A stretch of DNA of 64,000 nt from Rhodosorus marinus CCMP1338 (lineage: Eukaryota; Plantae; Rhodophyta), in contig JAMWBK010000008.1 in the NCBI GenBank assembly GCA_029953675.1, forward strand, positions 62,001-126,000. The letters are read 5' to 3'. Shown one piece after another: positions 10,702-21,550 of the stretch. The notes under the pieces were generated by a model, which was not told the origin of the DNA, did not search any database, and saw only the letters and a program-made list of their open reading frames with translations. The number at the start of each line of letters is the position of its first letter. The first letter of the stretch is position 1. The translations under genes were made by a program, and so were the position numbers.

Positions 10702-13700
10702 ACTTTACTGGACTTTACTAGCATAGCCTGAAGCGCTACGCAAGGCGTGAAGATGAACTAATAACTAGGGAGGGAAGCATGCAACCCCAGGCGCCGATGG
10801 CGCGCCTCGGAAAGCATGTCGCTGGAATATCGCCAAAGGGAGACACTTAAACGCCTCAAGAGCGCCAAATATTCAGTAGGATGCTCAGCAAAACATTTCC
10901 GCAACCACTCTAAACCCGACTTATCCACGTGACCAAAGCTTTCCACAATGAATGGCTGGAACCGGTGAGAGCGACCCTCAGCGCAAGGCAGACTGGCCAT
11001 GCTCTCAGCATACCGTCGTTCCTTAACTCTTCGAAGGGCTGAAGCCGCGGCCCCCCGGCGGCGGGCGGCTGCGGTGAGGTGGGCGCTGGCCACGGGGCAG
11101 GTAATCGCAAGGTCCACATATGTTGAGCGTCTGGCAGCAGCGTCGGAGACGAGGAGATCGGCTATACAACGGGGCGGTGCAGAGTCCGAGATGGATCTGG
11201 GCAGTTCCGACTCAACCTCAACCGTATGCCCTATCCGAGTCAAAGATTCGCTGAGGATGTACTTGAGGCGAGTGTGACGCCTCGTACGGAGACCTCGCAA
11301 CAGTCCGCAGGAACCCAGGAAGTGGTAGCCACAAGCGTCAATCCGGCTCTCACATCCCTGACAGAAAGACGGCCGATTAGAGTGCCACGGAGCCTGTGGC
11401 AAACCGAGATAGATCCGTGCGGCAGAACGGAACTGGAAAGCATCGAGACGATGACTCAATGACGACGGTAGAGTGGTTAACCACAAGTGCGAGAGGTGGC
11501 CTCCCATGCCGCGGAGACGAGCGGCAGTGGTAGGCGGCGTGAGAGGAGAATTGAGCATGACTGTGTGAGCGGCACTGTGTTGGCCCCAGGTGAGGCTATG
11601 TTGAATCACATCAGTGCGGGAGCTCCACAATCGGCTCAAACCCGGGTAGTCTGCAACAGGGGACCCGGGGCTAGCCTCTCCGTCATCGGCAAGAACTCGG
11701 TCGAGGGGAGAATCCTCAATCGCCTCAGCTCGTCCCCATAACAGCTCCCTCCAGGAACGAAAGCGGGACCGATTTGCGTCCGGCACGGCGTTGCACCTCC
11801 TGAACGCGTGTTGAAGACCATCATAAATTGTCAAAAGCGGGGGCTGCAGGGTCACTGGATCCTCGTTGGTCAAAGCTCGAGCCAAGAGGCAGGCACTTCG
11901 CATCCGGAAGGTCACCAACGTTCGCAGCGCGGTAGCCCAGGAGGCAACCGCCGCTGGCGAGCATACCAGCCCACGGTCTGCGACGCCGAATCCCCCCAAT
12001 CGCAACGGTAGAGCGATCTGTGCACGAATAAAGTCCCTGTCGGGAGCAGCTTCAAGATCGAGGGGCTCATCCAAGAGCGTTCCACAGTGTTGCAGGGTCA
12101 TTTCGTCGGCTTTAGCCGCGATCCACGAGCCCCAAGCTGGAGGCAGGCTGCGCAACCAGTAGTTGAGTCTGGGACCGGCACAAAAGCGGGAAAGCAAGCA
12201 GGCCGATTGCAGCATGCTGTCGGGTAGGTGCTCAATGGCGTCGGTGAGTTGCTTGTGCCGTGCCAAAACTCGCTCGCAGGATGCTTGGACAAAGTTGTCA
12301 GTCCCCAATCCGACGCCGTGGTGTTCGAACCCTTTACGTTCGCTGATTAGTCGCAGAGTGTGTGGCAGAGAGTTCAGCGACACGTCCCTCGGGGGGAGAA
12401 AGCGACATTTTTCTGTTTCCACAGTCAAACCGACGCGACGTGCAATCGCTTCGATCGCGGTCAGTCCCCTAGCCAGGGTGTCAGGGGTGCCCAGCAATGT
12501 TACGTCATCGTGGTACGCGCAGATTCGAAGATCCGAGACCTCAGTCGAAAGACGTAAAAGTACGAGCTGTAGGGCACAGGCATGAAGAAGAGGTCCGCAA
12601 GGGTCGCCTTGTTGGACGCCAGTATGTGCTTGAAAAACAGTGCCCTCCGTTGTCAAGTAGGGGAGGCTCTCCCCTCCGTAAATACCCGATAGAAACGGCC
12701 ACGCCTCCGGAAACACACGTCGGAGCACCTCAAGCGCATGCGTCCGCGACACGCTGTTGAATGCGTTCCGGAAATCAACCACCAAGACTCCCCACTCCGG
12801 CCTACTGGCGCGTTCTAGCTCGATCCCATGGGTGATCAGTTCGCAACCCCCAGAAAATCCCACCCCTACTTGCAAGGGCGCCATAAAAGCTGTGACGCAC
12901 TGGCGAAGGCGCTGGCATAGCCACCTCCCGGCTAACTTCCGTAGGCTCTCCACCATCCCGATCGGCCGGAGACGCGGGTGGGCCGGCTGGTGGTCAGGTT
13001 TCGTGAGCAAGCAAAGCTGTGCCTGCCGGAGATGTTCCCATGGCGCGGACGCACCCGATACGCCCTGGAACAACTTGTTAAGGATCCTCAGAAGCGCGCT
13101 CTGGCCAGGCTGGCTCAGGGCCTGCAATAGCTCTGTTCTTAGTCCGGAGGGTCCAGGACAGCGTCCCCGACGCGAGGTACGAAGCAAATCCTCCAGGTCA
13201 GACTCACTGAGCGTCAGATCGATGCGAAACCTGGCCAACTCCGGACGGTCCAAGAATACCTCGAATTCAGGGGACAAATCCACGTCGGACTCAGGGAAAA
13301 AAGACGACACCGTCTGGGCGAGACTATCATCGTAGGGGAGGACAGGCGCCTGGCCCTCCAAAACCCGCGCCGCTCGACTTAAATCGCCCACTGCTACCAA
13401 TTTCTGTACTCGAGCTGGCACGGGCGACACTGTGCCATGCCGAGTCCGACGGGCGGATGGTGCTGACGACGCCAAATAGCTGCGCTGTAGCACTTCGAAG
13501 TCTCCCTTCAAGAACAGGGCCAGTCGGTCTCGTACTCGCCATCTGCGCTCCGATGTGTGAATGGGGGCCAGAATCAGGCGCGGCATGACCCCCAGAAAAA
13601 CCCAAATGACTGTGTCCCGAATGTTGCGAGCCAGGCTCGTGAAGATGAAATCGAGAATGGTTCCAGCTACCAGAAGGTCTCCACGAGGAAGGACGACTGG

Positions 13701-14820
13701 GGGAATGCCCCCACGGAGGGGAAGCGAGCCTCCTTCCAAAGAAATCCACCGCCGGAGCCAACTCCGAAAACGCGTACGCCAAATACCCCAGTCTCCGCCC
13801 TCCTTCAGGACATAAGACTGTAGATCCATAGGCTGCGACCTCGCAGCCGTGCCTGGAGCGCTAATCGTGCTTCTCCCCCTTAGACCCGGGGGAGTCGGTC
13901 CTCGCTCTCTTACCTCCTATCCGCACCAAAGTCGTGAGCCTCCCACTCCGCGAGGCTCGCGGAACGGATCCCGCGGGCTTCAGCAAAGTAACCTGGGCGT
14001 CCTCCACCGCCATGCCCTCAGTCTGCTCCCCTGCCTCACCACTCTCGCTGGAAGTAGTGCTGGAAGCAGAGCCCTCCAAAATCCCCACCCGCTGCAGCTC
14101 TGTCTTGTAGCGCGAAGTCAGCACAAGTCGCCTCTCCAGATCGAAGAAGCTGGACACCGCCATGCGCAGGTGACGAGGGCCCGACCGGAACCGCTCCAAC
14201 AAGATCCTCTCAAGGCGCTGAATCCGTAGCCAATGGATCGCTGCCGCCTTCACGCTGCTCTCATGCTCAGAGAGCCCTGCCGTTTCTCCCGGAGACAGGA
14301 AATTGCCCGAGAAACGGTCAAAATCGAAGTGCAAAACCACCTGCGGGTTGCAGCGCAGCCACCGGGCGCTCTCAGGCCACTGCTCGGTAGGCTTCGCCAG
14401 CAAGGCCTCCAGGTACTTGGCGGCGGTTGCGGAGACCAAAAACAGCACATCGCGGCCCTCATAGTTTGCGAAGAAGAAATCACCCCGGCTGCACCCTAAC
14501 GATTCCGCAAAAGTGTCCCGGAAGTCTCGCATAGACGGAACCTGTCCTCGTGTAGTCTGGGGCCGGACATTTCGCACCCACAGAAATTGGAGAGTGGTCT
14601 CCACAGGTCCATCCTGAGGCTCGCGAGATGGTATGAAACGGAGCATAGCCGCCGTACGTGTGGCAGTGGTGCCCTTCCGCAAGACTGATGCGTACGAAAC
14701 GCCCCCCTTGCGGCCACCACGTGCCCCCGAAGTAGCCGGGAGCTGGTGACGACCTGAGGGCTGGTCCAAGAGAGGGAAGTCCACAGCTGCAGTCTCCTCC
14801 ACACCGGTTGCCGCACAGTT
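10702..14820 (-). mobile_element. Family B copy B1 (intact ORF2, ORF1 cut by B2)
   Basis: (AGTAAAGTCC)2 tail at 10702-10730; ORF2 10758-13829; partial ORF1 13861-14820. Confidence 0.92.
10758..13829 (-). CDS. Intact 1023-aa RT/RLE polyprotein of family B
   Basis: CPGPSGL, LRPIGMVESLRKL, QVGVG..GGCE, VDFRNAFN, GVQQGDPCGP, YHDD, ALPLRLGGFG, CQGC-x9-H-x4-C, RTRRH, IADL, VDLAI, K..RY, PFIVESFG; no stops. Confidence 0.95.
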   Translation of the reverse strand: MDLQSYVLKEGGDWGIWRTRFRSWLRRWISLEGGSLPLRGGIPPVVLPRGDLLVAGTILDFIFTSLARNIRDTVIWVFLGVMPRLILAPIHTSERRWRVRDRLALFLKGDFEVLQRSYLASSAPSARRTRHGTVSPVPARVQKLVAVGDLSRAARVLEGQAPVLPYDDSLAQTVSSFFPESDVDLSPEFEVFLDRPELARFRIDLTLSESDLEDLLRTSRRGRCPGPSGLRTELLQALSQPGQSALLRILNKLFQGVSGASAPWEHLRQAQLCLLTKPDHQPAHPRLRPIGMVESLRKLAGRWLCQRLRQCVTAFMAPLQVGVGFSGGCELITHGIELERASRPEWGVLVVDFRNAFNSVSRTHALEVLRRVFPEAWPFLSGIYGGESLPYLTTEGTVFQAHTGVQQGDPCGPLLHACALQLVLLRLSTEVSDLRICAYHDDVTLLGTPDTLARGLTAIEAIARRVGLTVETEKCRFLPPRDVSLNSLPHTLRLISERKGFEHHGVGLGTDNFVQASCERVLARHKQLTDAIEHLPDSMLQSACLLSRFCAGPRLNYWLRSLPPAWGSWIAAKADEMTLQHCGTLLDEPLDLEAAPDRDFIRAQIALPLRLGGFGVADRGLVCSPAAVASWATALRTLVTFRMRSACLLARALTNEDPVTLQPPLLTIYDGLQHAFRRCNAVPDANRSRFRSWRELLWGRAEAIEDSPLDRVLADDGEASPGSPVADYPGLSRLWSSRTDVIQHSLTWGQHSAAHTVMLNSPLTPPTTAARLRGMGGHLSHLWLTTLPSSLSHRLDAFQFRSAARIYLGLPQAPWHSNRPSFCQGCESRIDACGYHFLGSCGLLRGLRTRRHTRLKYILSESLTRIGHTVEVESELPRSISDSAPPRCIADLLVSDAAARRSTYVDLAITCPVASAHLTAAARRRGAAASALRRVKERRYAESMASLPCAEGRSHRFQPFIVESFGHVDKSGLEWLRKCFAEHPTEYLALLRRLSVSLWRYSSDMLSEARHRRLGLHASLPSY

Positions 14821-17800
14821 TACTAGCATAGCCTGAAGCGCTACGCAAGGCGTGAAGATGAACTAATAACTAGGGAGGGAAGCATGCAACCCCAGGCGCC
14901 GATGGCGCGCCTCGGAAAGCATGTCGCTGGAATATCGCCAAAGGGAGACACTTAAACGCCTCAAGAGCGCCAAATATTCAGTAGGATGCTCAGCAAAACA
15001 TTTCCGCAACCATTCTAAACCCGACTTATCCACGTGACCAAAGCTTTCCACAATGAATGGCTGGAACCGGTGAGAGCGGCCCTCAGCGCAAGGCAGACTG
15101 GCCATGCTCTCAGCATACCGTCGTTCCTTAACTCTTCGAAGGGCTGAAGCCGCGGCCCCCCGGCGGCGGGCGGCTGCGGTGAGGTGGGCGCTGGCCACGG
15201 GGCAGGTAATCGCAAGGTCCACATATGTTGAGCGTCTGGCAGCAGCGTCGGAGACGAGGAGACCGGCTATACAACGGGGCGGCGCAGAGTCCGAGATGGA
15301 TCTGGGCAGTTCCGACTCAACCTCAACCGTATGCCCTATCCGAGTCAAAAATTCGCTGAGGATGTACTTGAGGCGAGTGTTACGCCTCGTACGCAGACCT
15401 CTCAACAGTCCGCAGGAACCCAGGAAGTGGTAGCCACAAGCGTCAATCCGGCTCTCACATCCCTGACAGAAAGACGGCCGATTAGAGTGCCACGGAGCCT
15501 GTGGCAAACCGAGATAGATCCGTGCGGCAGAACGGAACTGGAAAGCATCGAGACGATGACTCAATGACGACGGTAGTGTGGTTAACCACAAGTGCGAGAG
15601 GTGGCCTCCCATGCCGCGGAGACGAGCGGCAGTGGTAGGCGGCGTGAGAGGAGAATTGAGCATGACTGTGTGAGCGGCACTGTGTTGGCCCCAGGTGAGG
15701 CTATGTTGAATCACATCAGTGCGGGAGCTCCACAATCGGCTCAAACCCGGGTAGTCTGCAACAGGTGACCCGGCGCTAGCCTCTCCGTGATCGGCAAGAA
15801 CGCGGTCGAGGGGAGAATCCTCAATCGCTTCAGCTCGTCCCCATAACAGCTCCCTCCAGGAACGAAAGCGGGACCTATTTGCGTCCGGCACGGCGTTGCA
15901 CCTCCTGAACGCGTGTTGAAGACCTTCATAAATTGTCAAAGCCGGGGGCGGCAGGGTCACTGGATCCTCGTTGGTCAAAGCTCGAGCCAAGAGGCAGGCA
16001 CTTCGCATCTGGAAGGTCACCAACGTTCGCAGCGCGGTAGCCCAGGAGGCAACCGCCGCTGGCGAGCATACCAGCCCACGGTCTGCGACGCCGAATCCCC
16101 CCAATCGCAACGGTAGAACGATCTGTGCACGAATAAAGTCCCTGTCGGGAGCAGCTTCAAGATCGAGAGGCTCATCCAAGAGCGTTCCACAGTGTTGCAG
16201 GGTCATTTCGTCGGCTTTAGCCGCGATCCACGAGCCCCAAGCTGGAGGCAGGCTGCGCAACCAGTAGTTGAGTCTGGGACCGGCACAAAAGCGGGAAAGC
16301 AAGCAGGCCGATTGCAGCATGCTGTCGGGTAGGTGCTCAATGGCGTCGGTGAGTTGCTTGTGCCGTGCCAAAACGCGCTCGCAGGATGCTTGGACAAAGT
16401 TGTCAGTGCCCAATCCGACGCCGTGGTGTTCGAACCCTTCACGTTCGCTGATGAGTCGCAGAATGGGTGGCAGAGAGGTCAGCGACACGTCCCTCGGGGG
16501 GAGAAAGCGACATTTTTCTGTTTCCACAGTCAAACCGACGCGACGTGCAATCGCTTCGATCGCGGTCAGCCCCCTAGCCAGGGTGTCAGGGTGCCCAGCA
16601 ATGTTACGTCATCGTGATATGCGCAGATTCGAAGATCCGAGACCTCAGTCGAAAGACGTAAAAGTACGAGCTGTAGGGCACAGGCATGAAGAAGAGGTCC
16701 GCAAGGGTCGCCTTGTTGGACGCCAGTATATGCTTGAAAAACAGTGCCCTCCGTTGTCAAGTAGGGGAGGCTCTCATGGGTGATCAGTTCGCAACCCCCA
16801 GAAAATCCCACCCCTACTTGCAATGGCGCCATGAAAGCTGTGACTCTCTGGCGAAGGCGCTGGCATAGCCACCTCCCGGCTAACTTCCGTAGGCTCTCCA
16901 CCATCCCGATCGGCCGGAGACGCGGGTGAACCGGTTGGTGGTCAGGTTTCGTGAGCAAGCAAAGCTGTGCCTGCCGGAGATGTTCCCATGGCGCAGACGC
17001 ACCCGATACGCCCTGGAACAACTTGTTAAGGATCCTCAGAAGCGCTCTCTGGCCAGGCTGGCTCAGGGCCTGCAATAGCTCTGTTCTTAGTCCGGAGGGT
17101 CCGGGACAGCGCCCCCGACGCGAGGTAAGAAGCAAATCCTCCAGGTCAGACTCACTGAGCGTCAGATCGATGCGAAACCTGGCCAACTCCGGACGGTCCA
17201 AGAATACCTCGAATTCAGGGGACAAGTCCACGTCGGACTCAGGGAACAAAGACGACACCGTCTGGGCGAGACTCTCATCGTGGGGGAGGACAGGCGCCTG
17301 GCCCTCCAAACCCGCGCCGCTCGACTTAAATCGCCCACTGCTACCAATTTCTGTACTCGAGCTGGCACGGGCGACACTGTGCCATGCCGAGTCCGACGGG
17401 CGGATGGTGCTGACGACGCCAAATAGCTGCGCTGTAGTACTTCGAAGTCTCCCTTCAAGAACAGGGCCAGTCGGTCTCGTACTCGCCATCTGCGCTCCGA
17501 TGTGTGAATGGGGGCCAGAATCAGGCGCGGCATGACCCCCAGAAAAACCCAAATGACTGTGTCCCGAATGTTGCGAGCCAGGCTCGTGAAGATGAAATCG
17601 AGAATGGTTCCAGCTACTAGAAGGACTCCACGAGGGAGGACGACTGGGGGAATGCCCCCACGGAGGGGAAGCGAGCCTCCTTCCAAAGAAATCCACCGCC
17701 GGAGCCAACTCCGAAAACGCGTACGCCAAATACCCCAGTCTCCGCCCTCCTTCAGGACATAAGACTGTAGATCCATAGGCTGCGAGCTCGCAGCCGTGCC

Positions 17801-19545
17801 TGGAGCGCTAATCGTGCTTCTCCCCCTTAGACCCGGGGGAGTCGGTCCTCGCTCTCTTACCTCCTATCCGCACCAAAGTCGTGAGCCGCCCACTCCGCGA
17901 GGCTCGCGGAACGGATCCCGCGGGCTTCAGCAAAGTAACCTGGGCGTCCTCCACCGCCATGCCCTCAGTCTGTTCCCCTTCCTCACCACTCTCGCTGGAA
18001 GTGGTGCTGGAAGCAGAGCCCTCCAAAATCCCCACCCGCTGCAGCTCTGTCTTGTAGCGCGAAGTCAGCACAAGTCGCCTCTCCAGATCGAAGAAGCTGG
18101 ACACCGCCATGCGCAGGTGACGAGGGCCCGACCGGAACCGCTCCAACAAGATCCTCTCAAGGCGCTGAATCCGTAGCCAATGGATCGCTGCCGCCTTCAC
18201 GCTGCTCTCATGCTCAGAGAGCCCTGCCGTTTCTCCCGGAGACAGGAAATTGCCCGAGAAACGGTCAAAATCGAAGTGCAAAACCACCTGCGGGTTGCAG
18301 CGCAGCCACCGGGCGCTCTCAGGCCACTGCTCGGTAGGCTTCGCCAGCAAGGCCTCCAGGTACTTGGCGGCGGTTGCGGAGACCAAAAACAGCACATCGC
18401 GGCCCTCATAGTTTGCGAAGAAGAAATCACCCCGGCTGCACCCTAACGATTCCGCAAAAGTGTCCCGGAAGTCTCGCATAGACGGAACCTGTCCTCGTGT
18501 AGTCTGGGGCCGGACATTTCGCACCCACAGAAATTGGAGAGTGGTCTCCACAGGTCCATCCTGAGGCTCGCGAGATTGTAGGAAACGGAGCATAGCCGCC
18601 GTACGTGTGGCAGTGGTGCCCTTCCGCAAGACTGATGCGTACGAAACGCCCCCCTTGCGGCCACCACGTGCCCCCGCAGTAGCCGGGAGCTGGTGACGAC
18701 CTGAGGGCTGGTCCAAGAGAGGGAAGTCCACAGCTGCAGTCTCCTCCACACCGGTTGCCGCACAGTCACCACCACCATTGCCTCGAGTCCCCGAGCGCTG
18801 AAGCGCGTTTTGGCCCGGCCTGCCGCTCCCCAACGTCGTACTGTCCCGCGCAGAAGAAACCGCCCTCGCCTGTCCCGGGACAGGTTCATGTTGATTGACA
18901 TGATGTTGACTGCCTTCAGCCAACGCTGCCACTCTGGGGCAATTCAAATTCTCGTCCGAATTTGAATTTGACCTGGCCAGCAATCCCGATTCCAGCCCAC
19001 CTAGCTTCTGGATGAGCTGAGGGAGCACTCCACGATCACTCGCAGCCGTGATCAGGCTGGTGACAGCGGAGATAAGTGCACGCGCCTGGGTGCCAGAAGC
19101 GCCTTCCAAGTCAACCTCGGAAGACAAGGTGCCGCAGCTGAGGCGAACACGGAGTCCCCCACCTGGCAGTGCCTCCTTGGGATGAGGCTCCGCCGAGCGC
19201 GGAGATATCCCTACCATCCTGAGGTAATGCGCAAAGGAAACGTTGCACCACCAATATGAAACCGCACCGAGAGAATAATCGACCAAACCCAACCCAAATA
19301 GGAAAGGCCCCGCAACAAACCCACCCGCAAGACAGAAGTAGTTGCAAATGCAAACGACGCCCCGCGGAAAATCGAGGGGAAGGCGTACCAGAGGAAGCGC
19401 TTCCCGTAAACGAACACGCTCGCGACCGAAAAAGAAACAAAACTCCAATCCTCGACAACAACTCCTCACTGTACCTTCTTTTGGCTTTACTAGGGCTTTT
19501 CTAGTCTGGAACGCTACACAACGCGTGAAACGAAAACAGAGACTT
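14821..19545 (-). mobile_element. Family B copy B2 (5'-complete; ORF2 with an internal deletion at ~16786 and frameshifts)
   Basis: ORF1 intact; ORF2 split across 17162-17776, 16566-17729 and 14863-16533. Confidence 0.9.
17808..19217 (-). CDS. Family B ORF1, ~469 aa from MVGISP
   Basis: ATG at 19217 matches the MVGVSP start of A1 (5197) and the MTGVSP start of B' (62202); basic KRAR motif near the C-terminus. Confidence 0.8.
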   Translation of the reverse strand: MVGISPRSAEPHPKEALPGGGLRVRLSCGTLSSEVDLEGASGTQARALISAVTSLITAASDRGVLPQLIQKLGGLESGLLARSNSNSDENLNCPRVAALAEGSQHHVNQHEPVPGQARAVSSARDSTTLGSGRPGQNALQRSGTRGNGGGDCAATGVEETAAVDFPLLDQPSGRHQLPATAGARGGRKGGVSYASVLRKGTTATRTAAMLRFLQSREPQDGPVETTLQFLWVRNVRPQTTRGQVPSMRDFRDTFAESLGCSRGDFFFANYEGRDVLFLVSATAAKYLEALLAKPTEQWPESARWLRCNPQVVLHFDFDRFSGNFLSPGETAGLSEHESSVKAAAIHWLRIQRLERILLERFRSGPRHLRMAVSSFFDLERRLVLTSRYKTELQRVGILEGSASSTTSSESGEEGEQTEGMAVEDAQVTLLKPAGSVPRASRSGRLTTLVRIGGKRARTDSPGSKGEKHD

Positions 19546-19802
19546 AGAGAAGCGTGCAAACCGTACCAACGAGCTCAGTGACGTGCGAGCTCAGCTGAAC
19601 AGGACACTTTGTCGAAGAACTGCGGAGCTTGCGCTAGAGCGCTTTCCCTGTGAACCAGTTGGGGAATCCACTGGTCCCTGTTTTTTCTTTTGAAGGTAGC
19701 CTGAGACCCTGGCAGCGGGGTTGACTTGACCTTTCTTCTCAGATAGAGGTAACATCTATTTTGCGCTGCCCTAGGCAGCTGCGAAGATAAGTTCACGATT
19801 AC
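19545..19802 (+). mobile_element. 3' fragment of another D/E-group element
   Basis: Reads ..ELSDVRAQLNRTL..ELAL..NPLVPVF; 3' UTR hairpin gctgcc-cta-ggcagc; terminus gttcacgattac. Confidence 0.75.
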
Positions 19803-19844
19803 AAATGGAGTATAAGGATCTTCTCGGCCTTTTGGCTAAGATCA

Positions 19845-21406
19845 AGTTTTGGCACGGCACAAGCAACTCACCGACGCCATTGAGCACCTACCCGACAGCA
19901 TGCTGCAATCGGCCTGCTTGCTTTCCCGCTTTTGTGCCGGTCCCAGACTCAACTACTGGTTGCGCAGCCTGCCTCCAGCTTGGGGCTCGTGGATCGCGGC
20001 TAAAGCCGACGAAATGACCCTGCAACACTGTGGAACGCTCTTGGATGAGCCCCTCGATCTTGAAGCTGCTCCCGACAGGGACTTTATTCGTGCACAGATC
20101 GCTCTACCGTTGCGATTAGGGGGATTCGGCGTCGCAGACCGTGGGCTGGTATGCTCGCCAGCGGCGGTTGCCTCCTGGGCTACCGCGCTGCGAACGTTGG
20201 TGACCTTCCGGATGCGAAGTGCCTGCCTCTTGGCTCGAGCTTTGACCAACGAGGATCCAGTGACCCTGCCGCCCCCGGCTTTGACAATTTATGATGGTCT
20301 TCAACACGCGTTCAGGAGGTGCAACGCCGTGCCGGACGCAAATAGGTCCCGCTTTCGTTCCTGGAGGGAGCTGTTATGGGGACGAGCTGAAGCGATTGAG
20401 AATTGTCCCCTCGACCGAGTTCTTGCCGATGACGGAGAGGCTAGCCCCGGGTCCCCTGTTGCAGACTACCCGGGTTTGAGCCGATTGTGGAGCTCCCGCA
20501 CTGATGTGATTCAACATAGCCTCACCTGGGGCCAACACAGTGCCGCTCACACAGTCATGCTCAATTCTCCTCTCACGCCGCCTACCACTGCCGCTCGTCT
20601 ACGCGCCATGGGAGGCCACCTCTCGCACTTGTGGTTAACCACTCTACCGTCGTCATTGAGTCATCGTCTCGATGCTTTCCAGTTCCGTTCTGCCGCACGG
20701 ATCTATCTCGGTTTGCCACAGGCTCCGTGGCACTCTAATCGGCCGTCTTTCTGTCAGGGATGTGAGAGCCGGATTGACGCTTGTGGCTACCACTTCCTGG
20801 GTTCCTGCGAACTGTTGCGAGGTCTCCGTACGAGGCGTCACACTCGCCTCAAGTACATCCTCAGCGAATCTTTGACTCGGATAGGGCATACGGTTGAGGT
20901 TGAGTCGGAACTGCCCAGATCCATCTCGGACTCTGCACCGCCCCGTTGTATAGCCGATCTCCTCGTCTCCGACGCTGCTGCCAGACGCTCAACATATGTG
21001 GACCTTGCGATTACCTGCCCCGTGGCCAGCGCCCACCTCACCGCAGCCGCCCGCCGCCGGGGGGCCGCGGCTTCAGCCCTTCGAAGAGTTAAGGAACGAC
21101 GGTATGCTGAGAGCATGGCCAGTCTGCCTCGCGCTGAGGGTCGCTCTCACCGGTTCCAGCCATTCATTGTGGAAAGCTTTGGTCACGTGGATAAGTCGGG
21201 TTTAGAGTGGTTGCGGAAATGTTTCGCTGAGCATCCTACTGAATATTTGGCGCTCTTGAGGCGTTTAAGTGTCTCCCTTTGGCGATATTCCAGCGACATG
21301 CTTTCCGAGGCGCGCCATCGGCGCCTGGGGTTGCATGCTTCCCTCCCTAGTTATTAGTTCATCTTCACGCCTTGCGTAGCGCTTCAGGCTATGCTAGTAA
21401 AGTCCA
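19845..21406 (+). mobile_element. 5'-truncated family B copy B3
   Basis: ORF 19849-21357 is the C-terminal half of ORF2; tail agtaaagtcc. Confidence 0.92.
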
Positions 21407-21550
21407 GTATAGCATCTGTTCTATCAAGTGTAACAACTTGATGCATCTAAATTTTAGATGCTTTCGTTACAAATATTTTTCTGGCTGGGTTTATGTTTGG
21501 TTAGTGGCTTGCCACGCCCGTATACCACGCTTTGCTCAGATTTTGCACTG

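Noticed and set aside
19218-19559. Hydrophobic, env-like N-terminal extension of B ORF1 (similar extensions in A1 and B')
   Set aside because: It depends on non-ATG starts in T/G-rich 5' UTR sequence and is not conserved between families. Homology starts at M(V/T)G(I/V)SP.
21407-21550. Unique spacer containing a 19-bp near-palindrome (21443-21461)
   Set aside because: Short, AT-rich and single copy, with no supporting context.
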